Assembly: GCF_009834535.1 (NCBI RefSeq) | Contig: NC_045697.1 | Coordinates: 32,738,001 to 32,802,000 of the forward strand | From: Camelus ferus | Lineage: Eukaryota | Length of the DNA stretch: 64,000 nucleotides | Reading direction: 5' to 3' | Shown here: piece after piece, positions 1 to 13,399 of the stretch | Layout: each line of letters starts with the position of its first letter | Position numbering within the stretch: the stretch's first letter is position 1 | Translations under genes and position numbers: made by a program | The notes under the pieces: model-generated | Databases searched by the model: none | What the model was told of the DNA's origin: nothing | Seen by the model: the letters and a program-made list of their open reading frames with translations, nothing else

Positions 1-690
1 ATTCCTGCATGTAAAACATACTCATCTCCATCCCAGGACCACCATATGCCTTATACAATAATGACATCAGATTTTAAATCTAAGATATTCTGATTCATGC
101 CAGGTTACATCCAATTCTCTTGTCCCACAGACCTATGAACTAAAAAAATAATCACCTATACTGCACATACCCTATATAAAATGCTGTCCAGGGAAAGAGT
201 ACACACACAATACACATTCTCATTTTGAAAACGAAGACATTCTCATTTTGAAAAGCAGTCACTACTGTATATTGATTTTGAAACACTAGGCAAATGTTAC
301 CAGGTACACAAACTCTTGGACTGTAGGTATTACTTGCTTAGGCATTCAATTCTAATCCCTAGGATTGTTTCCCAGATCCATATTTGTTAAATGCACCAGT
401 GTGTATGTTGGTGACTGCCAACATCCTCAGCCTACTTCCTTCTAGTTGAACATTTGGGGCCCAGAGTCAGGCATTTTTGTTTGTTTGTTTTGGGTTCTAG
501 ATTGAAGGTGTTTTGCTTATAAAATCCTCTCTGAAACTTTGTAAGGTTTTGTGTGTCTGAGGATAACCAGTTCTGTGCCAAAAGCTACATTCACAATTTT
601 TTTTTGAACCATGACTTTCTTGTTGGACTTAATTATTAATACTCTGATAATATTATGCTACATTGGGACTTACATTTTTTTAGGAGGCCT
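1..690 (-). mobile_element. ERVL-MaLR internal (MLT1-int-like) fragment, decayed
   Basis: Positions 1-255 resemble the MaLR internal segment in this window at about 18690-18940 (catgtaaaacatac vs catgcaaaatacat; acattctcatttt vs acattctcattcc). Right boundary approximate. Confidence 0.55.
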
Positions 691-930
691 GTTGACCGTC
701 TAAAAGAAGAGAAAGCTCACTCTCCTTGAACTGGTGTCTAGCCAGATTATGTTCCTATCATAGTGTTCGTCGAGGGGAAGAGAGATAAGTGGTCAAAGTA
801 AATCACCAGGCCAATAACAATGTCGAAGGAGTGGAGAAGAACCTTACATTTATGATAAGGCCATGGCACGGATAGGAATGCAATGAAAACTAAGCAATTG
901 GTACCAATAATTGCCTAAATCGTAACCCCC
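690..930 (-). mobile_element. Old MaLR-type LTR fragment
   Basis: Ends in 'aattggtaccaataattg', resembling the reverse-complement terminus of old MLT1 LTRs; adjacent to the MaLR-int-like sequence. Confidence 0.3.
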
Positions 931-999
931 ACCCAATGCAGTAACTTTCCAATTTGTTCAATTACTCAGTCCTTTATGAGGTTTTGTAAGTGTTACTTT

Positions 1000-1215
1000 T
1001 AAAAACATAACACATTTCTTTTTGATTTTATCCCTAGATATTTTAACTTCTCTTGCTATTTTCACTGGAGTTTTCTTTTGCTGTCTTCTACCCACAGTTT
1101 ATATAAACAAAAGTTGTTGATTTCCAAGATACCTCATACTGCCTTTTATACTACCTTAAGAAGTTTCTCTTCTTATAATAATTTTCAGTTGTGTTGGAGT
1201 TTCTGATCATATTTT
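1000..1215 (-). mobile_element. Ancient L1 ORF2 fragment
   Basis: 'tttatccctagatatttt...ttgctatt...ttgattt' resembles the antisense L1 ORF2 segment (YLGINL region) seen in younger copies at about 56345-56460. Confidence 0.45.
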
Positions 1216-1399
1216 TTCTGTAGAGGATGTTCTCTGGTGGACATTAATATGTGAGATGATCCTAACACTTTATGCCAACTCCTGTTGGTTCAATTACATT
1301 TTTCTTTCCTAGATGTCCTTGAACTCAATATTCCAGTGTTATCTCTTCCATGTTTGTGGCCACATGGTCAAATCGTTTCCCAGTATTCATGAATCCATG

Positions 1400-1830
1400 T
1401 GTGATGGTTAATATTATGTGTCATCTTGACTGGGCCCCAGTGTGCCCAGATATCTGGTTAAATGTTATTCTTGGTGTGTGTGGATGAAATTAACATCAAA
1501 TCATTAGAGTAAGTCAAATTGTCCCTTTCAATGTGGGTGGACCTCATCCAATCCATTGAAGGCCTGAGTAGAACCAAAAGATGGAAAAAAGTAGAAAATT
1601 CACTCTCCCTGCCTGTCTTTGAGCTGGGACGTTGGTTTTTTTCCCTGTCCTTGGACTCAGACTAGCATGTACAGCTTTGGCTCTTCTGGTTCTCAGGCCT
1701 TTGAACTCTAACTGGAATTTTACTGTGGGCTTTGCTAGATCTTCAGCTTGGAACTGCAGATCTTGAGACTTTTCAGTCTCTATAATTATGTGAGTTAAAT
1801 CCTTGTAACAAATAATCTTTATATATATGT
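1400..1830 (+). mobile_element. MLT2 (ERVL) solo LTR
   Basis: Begins TGTGATGGTTAATATTATGTGTCATCTTGACTGGGCC; contains 'aatgtgggtggacctcatccaatccattgaaggcctga' and 'gcagatcttgagacttttcagtctctataatt', characteristic of MLT2. The 3' end decays into a (TA)-rich tract. Confidence 0.9.
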
Positions 1831-4800
1831 GTACATATCACCAGTATATATGTATATGTCATCAGTATGTATGAATATATTATATACATATAAAATTATG
1901 TAATGATAGGTTAATTGTACAATCTGAAAAAGACAAGAGACCTAAGTTATGAGTTATATACTAAGCTTAAAACCAAACAAATCTTCTCTAATATTAATGC
2001 AGGTCTAATTTTTTAAGTGTTGAACAATTGAAGAAAACAGTGATAGACGAAGGTTATAGACATTTAATATTAGAAAATTGTGTGAAACACTTCAAATTAT
2101 ATAAATATTAGAAAAAGTAATCATAGACTAACATCCATAAACACTTTGGACATAACTTTTAAGGTAATAAAAAGTATAGGAAAGATAATATCCTTTGTTA
2201 TGTAGTCTAAGATAACGTTTAAAGATAGGAATCATATCTGTAGAAAGTGTAAAAGGAATAGTATTATAAGTTACCACTGATGGGTCCTCAGTGTTTGCTG
2301 ATCATTGGTGGTCGTCATGCAACAATTTTAGGCACTGTAGCCTAGATAATGATGTACTGAAATCTTTCACAGATGCCAAATATTAATGAGTATTCAAAAT
2401 GTATTTTTGTCTCAAATAACTGTGTAATGCTACGGAGATGTCTGCCAAGGATTTGTCTAGATTGGATATACCTTACTAATATTAAGAGACAGGAGTTTAA
2501 AAATGAATTTAGAAACTTTTTCCCTGGGATATAATAAAAAGGGATCAGAGCTAAAATCTCAAGCCTTAGTGACAGGGTTGAAGGATGGCCAGATGAACAA
2601 AGAAAGTGTAGTCACTGTTTATAGATACCATGAAACATACTGGAAAATAATTATTTCAATGCAAATATCACTGACTTGTTTAGTGTTTTTGATGTTGAAG
2701 CCCTTACATTGTGTTCACAAAAATTCTATTATTTGGAATTTTGTCTCTGAACAAAATCTGTTGAGAATGCCTACTCTACAAATTAGAGCCAATTAAGTTT
2801 TAAATGTGAATATTTTATGACTAGAGGTAATAGCATTTAATTTTCAGTTGGAATGTTACCTTTTAGATGGAGATATAGAGAGCCCATTTACTGTCATTCA
2901 GACATCCCTCCAAACCTTTAAATTATGCAACAAAGAATGTAAGTTATAAAAATTCTCACTGACTACTTTAGACAGGTATTTCCTTCACATTATTCCAGAA
3001 GTATGAAAGTAAAAATTGTATATCAGGGCAGATATTTCATATGTAATATTGTTTTTCTAAGATTATTCATAAAATTAATTTTTTATTTGTTTCAGTTGTC
3101 AAATTAAATTAGAACAGAAATAAGAGTAAGTTAAAATATTTAAAAATTATGTATTATAGAATATATTTAAATTATTTATAGAAATTTAATCCTTTTGATA
3201 TTGATTAAGACTGCTCTAGTTTATTTTTTTCACTTAAGAGAGAAAAAAGAGCTTAGATTAAGCACTATGTTTTTGTGTTTCATTAATTTTCTGGGTAAAG
3301 ATTTGTATCTGCCTGTAAGTGCCAGAATAAAAGTAATTAGATTACTTAATAAGAGTGTTGTCCTAAGTCAAATGAAAAAAAGAAATAGTTTTCCTTAATT
3401 TTCTCTTAATGTTACCTGTTTGAAAATTTCCATTCATTTATTCTGATAGATGTATTTATTACAAACCTTAATTAATGTAATGTTTTCCTCTTAATATAAG
3501 ATCTTTGAGTAGGAAATGGGGATAGTTAATCTTAGCCAAAAGTGTCATGTATATATGATGGTGGGAATCATTGATACTTTCTAAGTTATATAAAGGTTTC
3601 TTATATTTAATATAAATATCAAGGCTAGAAAAGAACATTTATTTTTTCCATATCTAACTCAAATCATTTGGTCTTACTTTGACTATAAATCATAAAATAG
3701 TGTGTGAAACTTATAGATGAGTCTGTTGTAAGTTATTTTTATTTAGAATTCCCTTCCAGATAAAATATATTTGATACTAACTTGATTTTATTTTGTTATA
3801 TAGCAGAATTTTAAGAAATGTTAACTTTAAATATTAAAAATGACATTGGGGATCATGGAACTTTTGTAGATATTTTACCTTAAATACATAGGAGTAATCA
3901 GCTGAATTGTGAAAAAGATTTTGCCAATCTGTAAACATCAATGAATTAGAGCTAGCATTGATTTATAAATGATATTTGGCATCATATTTGCTTGTTGTTG
4001 GATTGTTACTTGTGTTCCAAACCACAAGCTACTTGTCAGCTCATCATATATGATGTGTAATCAACAGAGCGAATGAACAAGCCCATCTGGCATAATGTCA
4101 CAATGTCTTAAAATATATGCGCAAGTTTGGTATATAGACCATACATATTTTTGTAGGAATGGGCAAGCTATGCTTTTTTTTTTTTAACACTGTCTTTTTT
4201 TTAAAGAAAGATATAATGTCTCATACTGTGGCAATTTTCCACTTAACTTGAGCTATCTCCCTGGTATAATTATACCAACTGGGAGTTTACATATTTTTAT
4301 CTATGATGTGATTTGAACCTCTTCTGACACGGCATGCATACGGGACATCATTACTCCCTTTATTGTAGGGTAATCTCAGAAGGGTGAAAATTCTGGAGAA
4401 GTGTTTTAGGGTAACAATATGCGCTTCCAGACAGGTTTAAAAATACCCAGTGCTAATGATTAGAACCAGAAAAAAATGTATTACAAAACCTGTTCTTAAA
4501 GGAAGATTCAGGTGTGCTTTCTCTAAATGGCTGGAGTTCAGGGCTGTTTGGATTAATATGCATTATACCTGCTCTACAGATTAAGCTAAACTGCCTGGGA
4601 AATGGATGACCAATGAACCACTTTATCTGTGCTCTGCAGGTACCTTGAGTAGTTTGCTACCTGCAACATAATTATAATTCTGTTTTGATGGAGACAGTTG
4701 TACAGTAGTTAAAATCATTTTCATTCCTTCCCAGAATTTCTCACAAAGAAATGCAAGGTAATGCAGTCTATTTAAAAACAATATTGTTTCCTTGGATTTA

Positions 4801-5238
4801 AGCTATAAAATGTAACCATAATTCAGAAACAGCTAATATAACCTTCAGTAGAAAATGGAACGATCATTGTCTATATTGAGGAACAGGAACAGAATTAAAT
4901 GTAGGCATTGTGGAAGTCCCTTGATATTTGGTTAGTGAGATTGCTTTGGTGAATTTTTAAATCCAAATCACTCATTCAAAGATGTTTGAATTCTTAAAAT
5001 ATATTTTGATTTTTTTCTACACATTTAAATGAAATGTAGGGTTGAAGCAATTAGGAGGTAGATGGAAAAATGTATCTTGGCATCAGTGATTTAAACATTT
5101 GGGAGAAATGCATGTGCACATGAATTTATATGAATATATATATACACATGTAAATATTTTATATGTACTGAAATTTGATTTGAGTAATTTGGATAATTTC
5201 CCTTTGTTTTTAAAAATATATTTGGGAACTTTGCTATA

Positions 5239-5834
5239 TGTCATCAGAATGGATGTATAAAGATGTCTACACCAAAATCCCCAGAATTTATGAATATGTT
5301 ACATTATATGGCAAAAGGGGTTTTACAGTTATCTTTATGGTTATAGACCTTAAAATAGGGAGATCATTTTGTATTTTCTCACTAAGACCAGTCTAAATAC
5401 ATAAGACCCTAAAGGCAGATAACTTTCTAAACTAGAGTCAGAGATTTGCAGAATGAATATGAGAGATAACTCATAGAGGGGCTTGATCTATTCTTATTGG
5501 AGGGAGCCACATGGAAAGCATGAGAAAGACTACAGATAGCATTTAGGAACAATGACAGATCTATGACTGACAGCTAGTGAGGAATCAGGGACCTTAATCC
5601 TACAGTCACAAGGAAATTCAGTCTGCCAGCAACTTGAATGACTTTGGAAGCAGATTATTCTTCCAGAGCCTCCAGTAAGAAAGGCAGCCTTGCCAACACC
5701 TTGATTTCAGACTTATGAAACCCTAGCCCACTCTTAACTTCTGACCTGCAAAATCTGTAGGATAACAAAATTGTGCTGTTTTAGGTCACTCAATTTGTGG
5801 TGATTTGTTACTGCAACAATAGAAAACTAATACA
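5239..5834 (+). mobile_element. MLT1E/MLT1D-type MaLR solo LTR
   Basis: 'ccccagaatttatgaatatgttacattatatggcaaaagg' near the 5' end and canonical 3' end 'ttgtggtgatttgttactgcaacaatagaaaactaataca'. Confidence 0.88.
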
Positions 5835-6065
5835 CCATGTTTTAACCAGACAGTTGGATAGAGATGTAATTTAGTTAGTCTGCTTTATTTGGCTAGTTTT
5901 CAGGTTAGTTCCTCGGCATTGTGGTAGTGTAGTTCCACACTTACTAGTAATACTTACAAGGGTAAATGTTTTTGATACCTACTTGTGGGAATATGGCCCA
6001 AATGGAAGACCATCCATGATCACTACTGTTTCTACCTATTTCTAATTTTATTAATTATAAAATCC

Positions 6066-6938
6066 TTTTTGTGGTGGGAATAAGAAGATCTAGTTTCTTA
6101 GCAAGTTTGGTGTTCATAATACAATACAGTTAACCCTTGAGCAACATGTGTTTGAACTGCAGGGGTCCACTTATATATGGATATTTTTCAGCAGTAAATG
6201 CTGCAGTATTACACGGTAGTGGCTGGTTGAATCAGAGGGTGCAGTGGAACTGTGGATAAGGAGGGCTGACTATAAATTATATATGCAGATTAACCGCCAC
6301 ATTGTTCAAGGATCAACTGTATGGTTATCTGTAGCCACTGTACTGTGCAATAGATCTCAAAATTTATTTACCTTCTATTTGCAAGTTTGTACTACATGTC
6401 TCCTATTCTCCCACTTTTCAGCCCCTGATAACTACAATCTTACTGTTTTTAAGAGTTTGGCTCTTTTTGGATTACACATCCAAGTAATATCATATAGTAT
6501 TTGTCTTTGACTTTTCTCAGTTAGCATGATGTCCTCAGGGTTCATCATTATTGTTGCAAATGGCAGGATTTCCTTCTTTCTCTTGGCTGAATAATACTTC
6601 ATTTTATATATATATACATATACTATATCTTCTTTATCCATCCATTTATTAATGGGCACTTAGGTTGTTTCCAAAGCTTGGCTACTGTGAATAATGCTGC
6701 AATAAACGTGGTAATGCATATTGACAGCCTGTTTTCATTTACTTTGGATATATATTCAGGAGTGGGATTGCTGGATTATATGGTAGTTATGTTTTTAATT
6801 TTTGGAGAAACCTCCATGTTGTATTCCATAGTGGCTGACTGATTTGCATTCCTACCAACAGTGCACAAGGGTTCTCTTTTCTCCACGTCCTCACCAACAC
6901 TTGTTATTTCTTCTCATTTTTTAAATACCCATTCTAAT
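6066..6938 (-). mobile_element. L1 3' end (L1MA9/10-like), interrupted by a Tigger2-type MITE
   Basis: ORF 6432-6659 gives the L1 ORF2 C-terminus (YYSAKRKKEILPFATIMMNPEDIMLTE); 3'UTR 'tttgtggtgggaata...agatctagtttcttagcaagttt'. Confidence 0.9.
6127..6319 (+). mobile_element. Tigger2-derived MITE (TcMar-Tigger), about 193 bp
   Basis: TIRs cagttaacccttgagcaa ... ttgttcaaggatcaactg, flanked by TA (6125-6126 and 6320-6321); 5' end matches the recalled Tigger2 start CAGTTGACCCTTGAACAACAC..TTTGAACTGC. Confidence 0.9.
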
Positions 6939-6944
6939 ATTCCT

Positions 6945-7010
6945 TTGCTGTGTTGTTTTGTTTGTTTTGTGGGGGTTTTTTTGTTTGTTTGTTTGTTTTT
7001 TGTTTTTTTG
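6945..7010. repeat. T/G-rich low-complexity tract ((TTTG)n-like)
   Basis: tgttgttttgtttgttttg...tttgtttgtttgtttgttttttg. Confidence 0.85.
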
Positions 7011-8129
7011 GTAAAGCCTCAGGTCATGGTAAGTTTCACCTGATTGAAATGAGACATTTAGATCTTATAAGAGTACTTTTAACATTCATTAAGAAAAAAA
7101 AATGGTGGCAATTCATTCTTTCACAAGCTGGTAATTAGAAGCATATATTTTAGGGACAAATTATCCCTTTATATCCAGCAATCAGGCCAACAATACTATA
7201 ACAATTATTACAATGAAATTGAAATCTTTATTATGTACCAGATTAAGACACATACTATCTTTGAAATGGAAAATATCTTTCTTAGATCCCCAAATTACCC
7301 TCTGGAATTATTGACTCTCTTGAAGTTTTTCTTATATTTGATTTCAGCACTAAGGATGTTTCTGTTTATATCTTGATTTAATGATGTCTAATTTCATATT
7401 TTTTCCCATATTAAAATGAATCGTGCAGTTAAAATATACTGAAATGCCTGTTAGAATGAAATAGTTTGTAACATCATCCTTGTACATATCAGGCCAAATT
7501 TGCCACAGTTTGTGCCTTTTGTGATTGTTCTTCTATACCTGTATTAGCATAATGGATGTGTAGCCCACTAGAGAATGTTTTAATTTATTGGACCATGTTA
7601 CCATTAACAAAAAGTGTCAGGATAATAAAGTAGCTGATTCCACATTTTTGTAGGGACCTTAAAAACAAGGCCCTTTATCTCACCGTATAATTCATCTTAA
7701 TCATCTTTTTGATAACATACACACTACTGATAAATTTGATTTATCTGCATATAGTAGTGTAGTGTCTGTGGTCTTACTTCTTATGCTCAAGACACATCAT
7801 AGTGATTGGAGCAGAACCACAAGACACATAAAGTGGCTCAGAAACTACACTGCTACACATAACTGTCTATGAATTTGATGTGTTGGCCTACAGAGCTATT
7901 AATAAAAGAAAAGTAAAATAATGTACTTAAAGTCCCTGATTATTGTGATGTTTATACAATACCAAAAATTCAATTAAAAATCTATTAATGTTGTCAGGCC
8001 AAACATTTTTTTTTTTTGTTTTATTCTTCTGTACTTAGAAGTCAGGTAATACAGTTTTCAGGAAACTTGAAATAAAAAAAGAAACAATAGTAAAAAAAAT
8101 AAAGGTGTTATCATAATATTGACACCTTA

Positions 8130-8275
8130 CAAAGTGTGTACTTTATCTCTTTTAATCCCATCAAGTGAGGGATTAGTATTTCCTTTTTAGCAAGGAGAAT
8201 ATTGTGGTTCATAAAGAATCAAAACTTGCAAATGGACACAAAGCTAATATCAGCTGGGATTCAAGCCTTGGTTTG
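8130..8275 (-). mobile_element. MIR SINE
   Basis: 'tttaatcc...atttcctttttagcaaggagaat...aacttgcaaatggacacaaagcta...gctgggattcaagcc' matches the antisense MIR core. Confidence 0.7.
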
Positions 8276-8659
8276 TGTATATGTAGTTATGCCATACTAC
8301 TTTGTAAACATTTACCTTGTCTATAACTAAAATTGGTATAAAATTTTATTATATTATTTATCCACTTTATCCTTAGAACAGTTTTAAGTCTGTAACAAAT
8401 GAATTTGGACTCCATCATTCTTCCATGAGGAATGTATAAGAGGATTAATGAATGAAGAACCTAATAGCCTTGTAAGAAATGATGGGTTGCAAAGGACAGA
8501 TAGTCACAAATTTTAAATATTTTGTAAGTACTTTTAAGCAAGTTATTTGAGGTACATTGAATAGGAGTCAACTAGATATCTGATTTGCATAAATAAAACA
8601 CATCAAAAAACAAAAACTATAATATATAAAAACTATTTTGGACAATTTAAAAGGTCTAT

Positions 8660-9555
8660 TAATAAGGGCAAGAACTCCTGCTAACTGGCAAACAACACAA
8701 ATATGTTTGAAATAACTTTTTTCAGACATTGGGCAATGGGCAGGACAATGCAGATGGTGATCCCTGAGAGAAGGGAGACAATAGGTAAAATCTGTAATCA
8801 TCCTGGCTTTCCTCTTTAAGGTATTTTTCCAGGGCACAGTGCAATGAAGGGAACCTTTAGCTGACAAGACAGCCTCACTGAGTTGAGGAATTAGCAATAA
8901 CAGTTTGGGAAGCTGGAGTGCTTAGAAATTTCAGCATAATGTTCTGGACAGAAAGGATCTATGTAGAAAAAGAACTTCAGAGATTTGCACTTCTGTCCCC
9001 TTGAGTGTTTGCTGACCACTAGATAACACATGAGAAGTGTGAAACTCCTAAGTACAGACAAGGAACGACCAAAGAGTTATAAACCGAAAATCCCCAGAGT
9101 TCTTCTCAAGGTGAAGAGATGTTCTATCCCTGACCAGACAGAATGGAGCATCCTCAGACGTCACTCAGAACATTCCTAGAGAGCCCACGTGAACCATGAC
9201 TTAGTAGTGGGAGCAAACTACGTCTGAAGTAAAGGCTCTCCTAAGCTCACCCCAGCAAATTTTAAAAACCAAACCCCAAATAATTAAAGTTCTCAGTATG
9301 TAACTCAATTCCCTGTCAAAATAACTTTATATTCTTTAAAGGAAGACATACATACACACTCAAAATATAACCCTTGCAATGTTGATATCAAATCAGAAAT
9401 TTCTTTGCAGGTCAAGAACAAGAAAATATGACACCAGACCAGGAAAGCAAGCAGCAGAGGAATAGATCTATAAATGGCAGAGATGGTAGAACTAGCAGAA
9501 AAAGATGATTAAAAAAAATGAACTGTTACAACTATGTGCAGATATTTAAAGAATT
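8660..9555 (+). mobile_element. Ancient L1 5'UTR and ORF1 start (L1MD/L1ME-type 5' end)
   Basis: 'gtgatccctgagagaagggagacaa', 'cctcactgagttgagga' and ORF1-start-like 'gcagagatggtagaactagcagaaaaagat...aactatgtgcagatatttaaagaa'. Confidence 0.65.
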
Positions 9556-9559
9556 CCAG

Positions 9560-11280
9560 ACTTCTTTGCCAGGCACCTTCCTCAGAGAAACTGTGTTTCT
9601 GACTTCTCCTACATTAATTTATTTAAGCCAGATTTTGAAATCTATATAAATGCAATAAAATCATATGTACTTACTTGTAACTGATTATTTTACCTGATGT
9701 TACCTCAGTGCCATTCATTATTTTTATCGCATGTGGCAGTAAGTTGTTTCTCCATCGACACGTTATATTGCAGTGTATGAACATTCTATAATATATATTA
9801 TACATATTAATATGCTAATACATATACTATGTAATAATTATATTACAATAATTGTTATTAATGACCTAGTGAAATGTTTTCAGTTTTTGGCTAGTGTAAA
9901 TGATGTTGATATGGAAATTCTTCTAAGGGTCTTTTAGTACACAGTTTGCACATAGCTTTTGGGTAGTAGTAGAATGACCTGCAGTGGAATGACTGGGATA
10001 CTGAATATTCATATACTTACATTTGATCGACCTTGCCAGGTAGTTTTCCAAAAGGATTCTAACAATTAAAAAATTACGGTTGCAATGCTTGGGAGGTGTG
10101 GTTGTACACATCCCACTGCCACTTGATATTTATCACCAGTATTATTTCCCTTTGTAGTCATTCAAAATGATAGAATTCTTATAGTGTAGGTTTATCTTAC
10201 TGTCCCTTTAATTTTATTTCCATCTGACTAAAGAGATTGAACATCTTTAATTTTCTTATAGGACATATGTATATTGTCTTTTGTTAAGCACCTATTCAAA
10301 AATTTTGCTCAACTTTTCTTGGAAGGACAGGAGAGTTTATCTTTTCTCTCACTGATTTACAGGAAGACTCTATGTAGTCTCAATATGAGTTCTTCTTCAG
10401 ATATATGTATTGCAATATCTTCTCACATTCTGCAAATATTTACACTATTTAAAGGGATCTTTTAATGGACAAAGTTTTTCAATGTTAATGCTGTTCAATT
10501 AATCAGCTTTTACATTATATGATTATCGATTTTTGTATCCAGTTTAAGAAATCTTTGCCTACTCCAAGTTGATGAAGTTATTTTCCTTGTGTTATCTCTT
10601 AAGAGCTTAATAATTTGCATTTATGTTTAAGTTTGTTACATACCTGGGGTTTATATTTGTATATGACATCAGGTAGGGGGTGAAGATTTACTTTTTATTC
10701 CCAATTTGACACTCTGCTAAGATCAGAACCTTTTGTTGAAAAGAACATTGTTAACTCACTGCATTTTGATGGTACCTTTGTTCTACATCTATTGCACGTA
10801 TATGTGTAGGTCTCTTCCTGAACTTCATAGTCTGTTTCATTTATCTGTCTGTCTGTCTGTCTATTGATCTGTTTACACTCTATTTGTTCCCAACCTTGCA
10901 TTAATTATTGATGCTATGTAATAAAATTCAACTTTCCTCTTTATCTTGCCTCATTTCTTGGTCTTTTGCATATGTGTGAACTTTATAATCAATTTTTATC
11001 AACTTTATAGTCAATTTTATAGTCAATTTTAATAGCAACTTTGTTTGGAATTGCATTGAATCTAAAGAGTGGGTTATAGGGAATTAACAATTTAACCTTG
11101 AGTTGATCAGTGTAGTTTATGTCTGATTTAAATAGGTTGCATAAATTTCTCTCAGTAATGTCAAATAGTTAAAGATCTATGCCATCACAGTGTTCAGTAA
11201 ATTTAGTAGTTAATGCTAATTGATGTTATTAAAAGTGATATTTTTATTGAGTTTTCCAATTTTTTGTTGCTATTCTTTAG
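9560..11280 (-). mobile_element. L1ME-type 3' end and ORF2 C-terminal remnant
   Basis: Antisense L1 motifs 'gtttaagaaatctttgcctactccaag', 'ttgttgaaaaga', 'ggaattgcattgaatcta'. Confidence 0.8.
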
Positions 11281-11514
11281 AAATTTTTGTTGCTATTCTT
11301 TAGAGACTGGACAGTTTTATTTTTGAAAATAAGCCATAATATGAGACTTAAAGTCTAATTAGATTGTTGTTATAAGAGAAACCAGTAAATACACGGATTC
11401 TGTCCACAGTTTCCTTTCCATCAGTGGAAAAACTGACATCACTGAATGCATTTAGGGTGAGAGTAAGAGACAGCATAGCATGATTATCTGACTCCATGAG
11501 TTGTGTTTGTTCAG

Positions 11515-11599
11515 CATACAACTTCTGGGTCCGTGGTAAATCATCCACACATATTAGAGCATTTGCAAATGCTTACTCTGGTAAAGATGTATATTGCAG
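11515..11599 (+). other. Candidate 85-nt exon (unverified)
   Basis: Acceptor 'ttgtgtttgttcag' and consensus donor 'CAG|GTGAGT' in non-repeat sequence; two frames are open; product not recognised. Confidence 0.25.
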
Positions 11600-12189
11600 G
11601 TGAGTTATTACTATCACGTTAGTGATGCACATGTCTCAATGAGGTTGTATGAGATGATTTTTTAAGTGTTATTTGAAAAAAAAGATGCTCAGTATTTAGA
11701 AATCGACATTTTAGTAATAGATTAGTAATAGAATGATTCATTTTATATTATATTCATTATTATATTTTTTAAACTTTGAGTCACTTTATTTTATTAAGAT
11801 CTTAACAGCCTGTGTATGTGTGAATAACATGATTTTCATGATTCCTAAAAAGAAAATATTAAAATAGAGCTGAAGTATTGCCAACTGCTGAGGTAGATAA
11901 TGTAAACCTTCATTTCACTGGAGTGTTGTTATATAAAAGGCAAGTTCCCACTCCTTATCATACTACTTGACAATAGGGACTTGAAATTATTTAGCAGTAT
12001 TATTTGAGTTCCTTTTGCAATTTCTGATTTGATTTGAAGAATGGTATATTTTCCCCAGACATAAGTCTTACTAGTCTAATTTTTCTCTTCCTGTCTGACA
12101 GAGAAAAGTAATGTACTCCCCCCACTAGAATCTCAAAGAGAAATTATACTTTTTATCCATTATCTTTCTGTCTCTTCTCATTTACTTAT

Positions 12190-12315
12190 TTTTTATTTTT
12201 TCAGTTGAATAAATTTGACATATTTATATACCTGTGTAGGATTAAGATGTACAGCATGTTACTTTGATGCATTTGTATGTTGTAGTATGATTGCCAATGT
12301 TGTGATATTTACCAT
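12190..12315 (-). mobile_element. Short L1 3'-terminal fragment
   Basis: T-rich start followed by 'ttaagatgtacagcatgttactttgat...tgtagtatgattgcca', like L1MA-type 3' ends. Confidence 0.45.
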
Positions 12316-13399
12316 ATTTCTTATTTTTCTATAGACCTATTAGCCTTGATATTTCAGAGCTGACGAAGCTCTTTAAAAAGTTTGTATAAAGCAGTCCTTC
12401 AGGAAATATTTTAACTCCAAAGTAAAACCTCAATTCTACCTGCAGATCCTGCTCTTAATGAAACAGTTGTAGAAATTAAATAAGCAAATGTATGAAAGTC
12501 AGGAAGAATTTACACTTGAACCTGCTGTATTTCACTGCACCACACACCACTGCTAGAACCATTCTCTCTAATGTGAACTGTATCTCTTCCAACCCAGAGA
12601 CATCAGTAGAATATTATGTTCATAGAATTTATGGCTATTTGCCTATGAAGACCATATCAGAAGAAATGAGAGCTTCTTGAACATTTTTTTCTAATTGTGA
12701 TTATTTTTGATAAAAGCACCAGGAGGTTCTATGGGTGCAATTCCAAAGACTATTAAAGCTTAGCATATCTCCACTTAGCAACCCCAACATAGCAAATACA
12801 CTCTGAAGAACTAAAATTATTCTCAAGTTTGAAGCTAAAATCCACTAACTGTGAAGAGCTCTCTCCGTGTCTTTGCAACATTTTTCATCTATTAAATATT
12901 CTATCAAAATATATTTTTAACTAAATAGAAACTTCTATTGAAGATCTGTGGCTATACAGATAAAGTGTCATACCTTGGTAATGATTATAGTTGACAAATT
13001 GGATGACATAGCTTTAAAGGCAGGGATTAAAGAAATATGATCTGCTTATCCATTTTTATTTTTAATTTATTGATCCTGTTTGAATATTTGCAAATGTGAT
13101 TGGCAAGGTTGGATGATACATACCTAGTTTATACCTTCTCCCCCTCTGACTTGGATCCAAGAGCCAGCTGGTTAGAATGGCTTGTCAAATAATTTTGTTT
13201 TCTGTACAGATTCTTCATGTAATGAAATTAGATTATTTAAAAAAAAATCTATTCTTCATATGACACATTGTCTTTAGAGAAAGCAGTTTCTATTCAATGT
13301 TGTTGCTACTAGCAACAGATAGTTAAGTCAGTAAACAGATTGTGGAAAATAATCAGCTCTCTTTGGGGGAAATAAACCAAAGGGAATTGTTTGATATTT

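Noticed and set aside
2503..2796. 97-aa ORF
   Set aside because: No recognisable domain or gene context; expected by chance.
4580..4639. Possible coding exon between ctacag and cag|gtacc
   Set aside because: All three frames contain stops and the donor is weak.
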